From contig DATKDB010000104.1 of the NCBI GenBank assembly GCA_035512895.1, positions 1,818-65,817 of the forward strand: 64,000 nucleotides of DNA. Reading direction: 5' to 3'. The notes beneath the pieces are model-generated. The model did not search any database. It was not told the origin of the DNA and worked only from the letters and a program-made list of their open reading frames with translations. Below, one piece after another: positions 58,539-64,000 of this stretch. Made by a program: the position numbers and the translations under genes. This stretch comes from Candidatus Binatia bacterium. Its GTDB lineage: Bacteria; Chloroflexota; Limnocylindria; QHBO01. Each line of letters begins with the position of its first letter. Position 1 is the first letter of the stretch.

Positions 58539-59011
58539 CTCAGCCGCGCACGGACCTCGACAACGTCGATGCCGCGCGCGGACCGACGGCCGCGCAGGCT
58601 GCCGGCCTGACGCTCGCGGCGGCGAGGCGGATGATCGCGGCGGTCGAGTCGGTCGCCCGGGAGATCCGCGTCGCGCTCTCGGTCGCGATCGTCGACTCGG
58701 GGGACCAGCTCGTCGCGTTCGCGCGCATGGACGGGGCGGACCTCGTGTCCATCGGCCTGGCCCGCGACAAGGCGTTCAGCGCGCTCGTGAACCGCATGCC
58801 GACACGCGACCTCGCTCCGCTCGTCGTCCCCGGAGCGGAGTTCTACGGGTACGACTCGCTCGAGGGCGGGCGGATGGTCGTCTTCGCCGGCGGCATGCCG
58901 CTCGAGCGGGGCGGCGTTCTCGTCGGGGCGGTCGGCGTCAGCGGTGGGAGCTCGACGGAGGACCAGGCGGCGGCCGATGCGGCCGTCGAGGCGTTCGCTC
59001 AGCGACGATAG
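58535..59011 (+). CDS. GlcG/HbpS-like (DUF336) heme-binding protein
   Basis: GAVGVSGGSSTEDQAAADAA. Confidence 0.75.
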   Translation: MTQPRTDLDNVDAARGPTAAQAAGLTLAAARRMIAAVESVAREIRVALSVAIVDSGDQLVAFARMDGADLVSIGLARDKAFSALVNRMPTRDLAPLVVPGAEFYGYDSLEGGRMVVFAGGMPLERGGVLVGAVGVSGGSSTEDQAAADAAVEAFAQRR

Positions 59012-59589
59012 TCGTGCGCGGCGTCGATCTTCGCCAACTCGTCGATGCGACGCAGCCGCCAGCCCAGGATGAGCAGGAACGCGCCGAAGGCGATCGCGAA
59101 GGAGCCGATGAGCCAGACGAGGCTGAGCGCGCCCGCGGCCGGATAGACGAGCATGATCACACCGAACAGGATCGAGGCGACGCCGGCCAGGCCGAGCCAG
59201 AGCTCGCCCTCGATCTGGTCGCGCAGCCGGATCGCCGCCCAGATCTGGAAGCCGCCAGTCACGATGGCCCAGGCGGCGATGATGATGACGAGGACCTGAG
59301 CCGCGAAGGCGGGGAAGAGGAGCGCGATCAAACCTGCCACGATGCTGACGAGCCCCTCGAGCACCTCCAGCCACCAGCTGCGGTCGGTCGCGCGTCCGCG
59401 GATGCCGGCGTACAGGCTCCCTGCGCCGTCAATGAGCACCCAGGCCGCGAAGAGGCCGACGAGGACGGCGATCCCGAGCTCCGGCGCGAAGAAGGCGAGG
59501 ACGCCGAAGGCAATCGCCAGGAGCCCCCGGACGACGAAGGTCCACCACCAGCGCGCGAGCCCCACGGTCCGCGAGACGTCGATGGTCAT
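58999..59589 (-). CDS. HdeD/DUF308 family membrane protein
   Basis: Repeated G-rich TM helices WWWTFVVRGLLAIAFGVLAFF. Confidence 0.75.
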   Translation of the reverse strand: MTIDVSRTVGLARWWWTFVVRGLLAIAFGVLAFFAPELGIAVLVGLFAAWVLIDGAGSLYAGIRGRATDRSWWLEVLEGLVSIVAGLIALLFPAFAAQVLVIIIAAWAIVTGGFQIWAAIRLRDQIEGELWLGLAGVASILFGVIMLVYPAAGALSLVWLIGSFAIAFGAFLLILGWRLRRIDELAKIDAAHDYRR

Positions 59590-59600
59590 GACGGCCCCGC

Positions 59601-59822
59601 TCAGGCGCCGCGCGCCTGCGGATGCGTCGCGGCGACCGCGTCGAGCAGCCGCTTCGAAGCCTTCGCCACGGCGACGACCGCCTCGTCGAAGGCGCGCTCG
59701 TTGGCCGCCGATGGCTTGCGGTAGCCGCTCACCTTGCGCACGTACTGCAGCGCAGCCGCGCTGATCTCATCGTCGTTTGCCGGCGTGGCGCCGGTCCGGA
59801 GGGTCTTGATGCTTCGGCACAT
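59601..59822 (-). CDS. DUF2277 family protein
   Basis: MCRSIKTLRTG...AALQYVRKVSGYRKPSAANERAF. Confidence 0.7.
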   Translation of the reverse strand: MCRSIKTLRTGATPANDDEISAAALQYVRKVSGYRKPSAANERAFDEAVVAVAKASKRLLDAVAATHPQARGA

Positions 59823-59893
59823 GCCGTCAGGATACCGCCGTTGACGCCGGTGCTCGGGGAGGCCGTCGAGGGCGAGGCCGCGACGAGCGCTCG

Positions 59894-60541
59894 CTAGCCG
59901 TCGAGCAGCTCCTCGAGCGACTTGATGACGAGATCCGCGGCCGCGACGTCGGTCTCGGCGAACAGCGGCACGGCGATGCAGGCCAGCCCGGCCGCCTTCG
60001 CGGCGGTCACGCCCGAAGCGGAGTCCTCGAGGGCGATGGCCTCCGATGGCGAGACCCCGAGGCGGGCGCACGCAAGGAGATAGATGTCGGGTGCCGGCTT
60101 CGCGTGCTCGACGTCGTCGGCGGTCACGATCGCCTCGAACGCGTCGGACAGGCCGGCCGTGGCGAGCGCGTCGTCGACGAGGAAGAGCGGCGAATTGGAG
60201 GCGAGCCCCAGCCGGACCCCATCCACGGCGCGCAGCGCGTCGACGAGCTCGACCGCCCCCGGACGCGCGTCGACCTGCTGTCGGACGCGCTCGTGCATGA
60301 GCGCGACCATCTCGTCGACGAGCTCCGCGCCGCGCTCCACCGGCCAGCCGAGGCGCTCCGCGAAGTAGCGGGCGGTGATGTCGAAGCTCGTGCCGATGAC
60401 CTGCATCTGGTCCTCGCGCGTGAACTCCGCTCCATGCCGCCGGAAGAGCTCGACCTCCGACTCGTGCCAAAGCGTCTCGGTGTCGAGCAGCAGCCCGTCC
60501 ATGTCGAAGATGACGGCCCGATACCGTCCGCTCAGCGGCAC
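59894..60541 (-). CDS. HAD-family hydrolase (beta-phosphoglucomutase-like)
   Basis: AVIFDMDGLLLDTE motif I. Confidence 0.8.
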   Translation of the reverse strand: MPLSGRYRAVIFDMDGLLLDTETLWHESEVELFRRHGAEFTREDQMQVIGTSFDITARYFAERLGWPVERGAELVDEMVALMHERVRQQVDARPGAVELVDALRAVDGVRLGLASNSPLFLVDDALATAGLSDAFEAIVTADDVEHAKPAPDIYLLACARLGVSPSEAIALEDSASGVTAAKAAGLACIAVPLFAETDVAAADLVIKSLEELLDG

Positions 60542-60547
60542 CTGCGC

Positions 60548-61756
60548 CTAGTCCTGCGCGGGAAAGAAGGAGCCGCCGCCGTCCGCGACGGCGCGAAGCA
60601 GCGGCGTCGTCCGGTAGCGGCCGTCCGGGACCGCGGCATGCAGCGCATCGAGCGTGTGGGTGACGCTGGCAAGGCCGATGCGCTCGCCCCAGGCGAGCGG
60701 GCCTTCTGGCCAGTTCGTGCCGAGGCGCATGGCCGTGTCGATCGCGTCGGGGGTCGCTACGCCGTCCGCGACGGCGGAGGCCGCCTCGTTGACGATCGTG
60801 GCGAGGATGCGCGCCTCCACCTGTGCCGCATCGAGCGCCGGCAGCGCCGGGCCGGCCTCGGGGCGGGAGAGGCCGGCCCAGACCGCGCCTCGCGTCCCAT
60901 CGGCCCCGTAGTCGTAGCAGCCGCCCGCGGTCTTGCGCCCGAGCCGTCCCGCGTCGACGAGGGTGCGCTGCAGCGGATGCGGGCGGTAGCGCGGGTCGCC
61001 GAAGAACTGCTCGAACACGCTCTGGCTCACCGCGAAGTTCACGTCCGCACCGATCGCGTCGATGAGCTCGAACGGGCCCATCCGGAAGCCGATCCCGCGC
61101 ATCGCTTCGTCGACGTCGTCGACCGTCGCCACGCCCTCTCCGATGATCCGGAACGCTTCGAGGTAGTAGGGCCGCGCAACGCGATTCACGATGAAGCCCG
61201 GCGTGTCGGCAGCGACGACCGGTGTCTTGCCCAGTCGAGTCGCGAGTGCGAGGGTCGCGTCGACGACCTCGGCGGTCGTCATCGGTGCCGCGATCACCTC
61301 GACGAGCGCCATGATCGGCACCGGGTTGAAGAAGTGCATCCCGACGACGCGCTCCGGATTCCGCATGCCGGCGGCGATCGCCGCCACCGACAGCGAGCTC
61401 GTGTTCGTGGCCAGGATCGTGCGCTCCGACGACGTGACGTCGAGGCGACGGAAGGCGTCGCGCTTCAGCTCGAGCTGCTCGGGGATGGCCTCGATGACGA
61501 GGTCGGCCCCGGCCAGCGACTCGAGGCTGGCGACGGACCGGATGCGAGCCGTCGCCGCGGCCGCGTCCGACGCCGCGATCTGCTCCCTGTCGACCTTGCG
61601 CTGAAGGAAGCCGGCGATCCGTTCGAGCGCGCGGTCCGTGGCCCCATCGATCGGGTCGTGCATGAGGACGTCGATCCCGGCCTCGGCCGCGACCTGCACG
61701 ATCCCGGCGCCCATCGTGCCGGCACCGAGGACGCCGATCGTGCGGACCTCGCTCAT
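60548..61756 (-). CDS. 3-hydroxyacyl-CoA dehydrogenase (NAD-binding plus duplicated C-terminal domain)
   Basis: IGVLGAGTMGAGIVQVAAEAG. Confidence 0.85.
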   Translation of the reverse strand: MSEVRTIGVLGAGTMGAGIVQVAAEAGIDVLMHDPIDGATDRALERIAGFLQRKVDREQIAASDAAAATARIRSVASLESLAGADLVIEAIPEQLELKRDAFRRLDVTSSERTILATNTSSLSVAAIAAGMRNPERVVGMHFFNPVPIMALVEVIAAPMTTAEVVDATLALATRLGKTPVVAADTPGFIVNRVARPYYLEAFRIIGEGVATVDDVDEAMRGIGFRMGPFELIDAIGADVNFAVSQSVFEQFFGDPRYRPHPLQRTLVDAGRLGRKTAGGCYDYGADGTRGAVWAGLSRPEAGPALPALDAAQVEARILATIVNEAASAVADGVATPDAIDTAMRLGTNWPEGPLAWGERIGLASVTHTLDALHAAVPDGRYRTTPLLRAVADGGGSFFPAQD

Positions 61757-62538
61757 CGCCCGCTGAAACGCGGATCGCGCTTCTCGCCGAAGGCGGCGAC
61801 GCCCTCCGCGTGGTCGTCGCTGCGGCCGGCGACCTGCTGGAGCGCCGCCTCGGCGGCCAGCGCCTCGGCGAGCGAGGCGTCCTCGGCAAGGTTGAGGAGC
61901 CGCTTCGTGAGACCGATCCCGATCGTCGGGCCGTCAGCCAGCCGTCGCGCCACCTCCGTGGCGGCCTGCGCCAGGCGGTCACCCGGCACGACGGCGGCGA
62001 CGAGACCGGCGTCGTGGGCGTCGGCGGCACTCAGCTGGCGCTCGCCCATGAGGATCTCGAAGGCGCGATGCCGGCCGAGCGCGCGTACGAGCGTGCGGGT
62101 GAGACCCGAGTCCGGAACGAGGCCGATGCGGTTGAAGGCGGGCACGAACCGGGCATCGTCCGCGGCGACGACGAGGTCGGCCGCGAGGGCGAGGCTGACA
62201 CCGGCTCCCGCCGCAACGCCGTTGACCGCCGCGACGACCGGCTTCGGCAGGGTGCGGATCGCCTCGATCAACGGGTTGTACTCGGCGCTGAGCACGCGCC
62301 GGAACTCGCGCTCGGTCGCCTCGCCGCGAAGGTCAGCGCCGGCGCAGAAGCCCCGGCCGGCGCCGGTGATGACGATCGCGCGCGTCGCGGGGTCCTTCCG
62401 TGCAGCATTGACCTCGCCGAGGAGCGCTGCGCGCAGCGGGCCGTTCAGGGCGTTGAGGGCGTCGGGCCGGTTGAGCGTGAGCGTGACGACGCCGTCGTCG
62501 TGCTCGCGCAGGAGCGTCTCGGGCGGCTGATCAGGCAT
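61753..62538 (-). CDS. enoyl-CoA hydratase/isomerase (crotonase)
   Basis: LTLNRPDALNALN, ITGAGRGFCAGADL. Confidence 0.85.
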   Translation of the reverse strand: MPDQPPETLLREHDDGVVTLTLNRPDALNALNGPLRAALLGEVNAARKDPATRAIVITGAGRGFCAGADLRGEATEREFRRVLSAEYNPLIEAIRTLPKPVVAAVNGVAAGAGVSLALAADLVVAADDARFVPAFNRIGLVPDSGLTRTLVRALGRHRAFEILMGERQLSAADAHDAGLVAAVVPGDRLAQAATEVARRLADGPTIGIGLTKRLLNLAEDASLAEALAAEAALQQVAGRSDDHAEGVAAFGEKRDPRFSGR

Positions 62539-62650
62539 CGCGTCGATTGTACGGCGGGCGGCCGCCTCCCGACCGGTGCGCCGTGGCTCCGGGCATGGAA
62601 GCGCCCGGTGCCGCGATGGCACCGGGCGCTTCCGATCAGAAAGCCGTCGG

Positions 62651-62923
62651 TCAGACGGTGTTGCTGCCGCTGCGCTTCGTCACCATGTTCCACACGAACA
62701 CGACGATGATCGCACCGACGATGGCGGCGACGATCGAGCCGATCGTGATGCCCTGGAGCCAGTCCTCACCGGTCAGGAGACCGAAGAGGAACCCGCCGAG
62801 AATGGCACCGACGATGCCGGCGATGAGACCGCCGAGCACGCCGTAGCCCTCGTCACCAGGAACGACCTTGCTTGCAACGAAGCCGGCAATTGCGCCGACG
62901 ACCAACCACGCGATGATACTCAT
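62651..62923 (-). CDS. GlsB/YeaQ/YmgE-family transglycosylase-associated membrane protein
   Basis: GGAGG SD. MSIIAWLVVGAIAGFVASKVV. Confidence 0.8.
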   Translation of the reverse strand: MSIIAWLVVGAIAGFVASKVVPGDEGYGVLGGLIAGIVGAILGGFLFGLLTGEDWLQGITIGSIVAAIVGAIIVVFVWNMVTKRSGSNTV

Positions 62924-63054
62924 AGACTACCTCCGGTTCCCTCCCACGGGATGAAAATGGACGAGCGAAGTCACGCTCACGACCGCTACCCCTTGCACAT
63001 TGTGTTCCGTAACGCCAAGCCCTCGCTCGGTCAAATCGCAGAACGGCCCGCCGT

Positions 63055-63975
63055 TCAGCGCTGGAGCGTGTAGAAGCTCCCGACATCGGCCATGCCGGCG
63101 CTCGCGTAGAGCCGGTGGGCCACGGCGCGCTGGTGGCCGCTCTCGAGCGCGAGCGCGTACGCACCGCGCGCGGCCGATTCCGCGAAAGCGGACTCGAGCA
63201 GCATCGCCCCGATGCCGCGTCCGCGCCCCGGCTCGGTGACGATGAGGTCCGGAACCCACGCCTGCGGGGCGGTGGTGAAGAAGGGCTGGCGGAACTCGAG
63301 GCTGACGAACCCGACCGGGACGCCGTCGAGCAGGGCGAGGCGCGAACCGGTGTCGGATCTCGCGACGTACTGCGCATACGTCCGACGGAGAGCCGGCAGC
63401 CGCTCCTCCGACGGGGGCGGGCGGCCGAGCTCGGCGAGCAGGCGGGTCGTGGCATCGAAGTCGCCGTCGTCGTCCCCGATCGGCCGGATCTCGACGCCGG
63501 GCCCCGGCTCGATGCCGCGCGTCCGAATCGGCCCGATCTCGAAGTACCTGCCCTGGTTCTCGAAGCCGGCGGCCTCGTACAGCGCGCGGGCCTCCGCCCG
63601 CTCGTACGCGACCTCGAGCATGACCTGGTGGCCGCCGCGCAGGCGCCACTCGGCGATCGCCGACGCGAGGAGCGCGCGACCGATCCCGCGCCCGCGAAAC
63701 GGCTCGCGGACGAAGAGGTCGCTCACCCAGCCCTCGAAGGTGGCGTGGTTCAGGCGCCGCCGCAGCCGGTGCACGATGAAGCCCGCCACCTCGCCATCGG
63801 CGCTCGCGAGGAAGGGCGTGGCGTCGACGTCGTTGACGAGCGCCTCGTACGCGCCCCGGTGCGGCTCGGCGTCCGCCTGGGCATCAAGGCCGTAGAGCTC
63901 GCGCGCCAGGGCGAGCGCCTCGTCGAGATCGTCGCGTCCGAACGGCCGAATCTCGACGCCCGGCGGACGGGGCAC
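63055..63975 (-). CDS. tandem-GNAT acetyltransferase
   Basis: Two GNAT cores (RGRGIGRALL and RGRGIGAMLL). GTG start near the window edge. Confidence 0.65.
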   Translation of the reverse strand: MPRPPGVEIRPFGRDDLDEALALARELYGLDAQADAEPHRGAYEALVNDVDATPFLASADGEVAGFIVHRLRRRLNHATFEGWVSDLFVREPFRGRGIGRALLASAIAEWRLRGGHQVMLEVAYERAEARALYEAAGFENQGRYFEIGPIRTRGIEPGPGVEIRPIGDDDGDFDATTRLLAELGRPPPSEERLPALRRTYAQYVARSDTGSRLALLDGVPVGFVSLEFRQPFFTTAPQAWVPDLIVTEPGRGRGIGAMLLESAFAESAARGAYALALESGHQRAVAHRLYASAGMADVGSFYTLQR

Positions 63976-64000
63976 GGCGAGGCCGCCGACCGGGTGGTCG

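Noticed and set aside
59823-62030. 809-aa reverse-strand ORF spanning several genes
   Set aside because: It is an alternative frame through the HAD, HCDH and hydratase genes. Only its last 73 codons (the DUF2277 protein) are real.

Overview
This is a 64-kb chromosome segment of a high-GC (about 70%) actinobacterial-type genome. I saw no rRNA, tRNA or CRISPR array. I call about 70 protein-coding genes, most of them on long GC3-rich ORFs. Many long reverse-strand ORFs in the supplied six-frame track mirror real genes and are GC-bias artefacts.

The window falls into several blocks.

- 0-9 kb: housekeeping-type genes, including a DEAD-box helicase, a 1188-aa zinc-ribbon/adenylate-cyclase/ATPase/TPR signalling protein, a PAC2-family protein and GNAT acetyltransferases.
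- 11-15.5 kb: a 1156-aa nuclease-helicase fusion (PD-(D/E)XK nuclease plus SF1 helicase).
- 15.5-30 kb: an accessory-like stretch that carries five toxin-antitoxin modules (Phd/YefM-RelE, HicAB, an orphan HicB with an RHH protein, and two VapBC pairs). It also holds two aminoglycoside-phosphotransferase-like kinases, an ADP-ribosylglycohydrolase, a second zinc-ribbon cyclase and a septum-formation-family protein. It contains most copies of two repeat families.
- 30-36 kb: a membrane-anchored BTAD/SARP regulator and a ChlI-like AAA+ ATPase.
- 37.8-41.1 kb: a signal peptidase I of the SipW type flanked by two SipW-cognate secreted proteins, converging on a minimal VirB11/CpaF-like ATPase.
- 41-64 kb: metabolic genes, including aldehyde dehydrogenase, a two-component system, an F420-dependent G6PD-family enzyme, a GGDEF protein, thiolase, a PuuR-like regulon (FAD oxidase plus polyamine-type ABC transporter) and a beta-oxidation operon.

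The signals I rate most interesting are:

- A roughly 200-bp structured interspersed repeat, present in 5 copies. It is either a MITE or a small-RNA family. One copy supplies the C-terminus and stop codon of a gene.
- An AT-rich perfect palindrome, ATTTGTAAC-N7-GTTACAAAT, present five times. It sits at the same spacing upstream of both the ChlI-like ATPase and a distant VWA-protein gene.
- The SipW / SipW-cognate / secretion-ATPase cluster, which may encode a cell-surface fibre.
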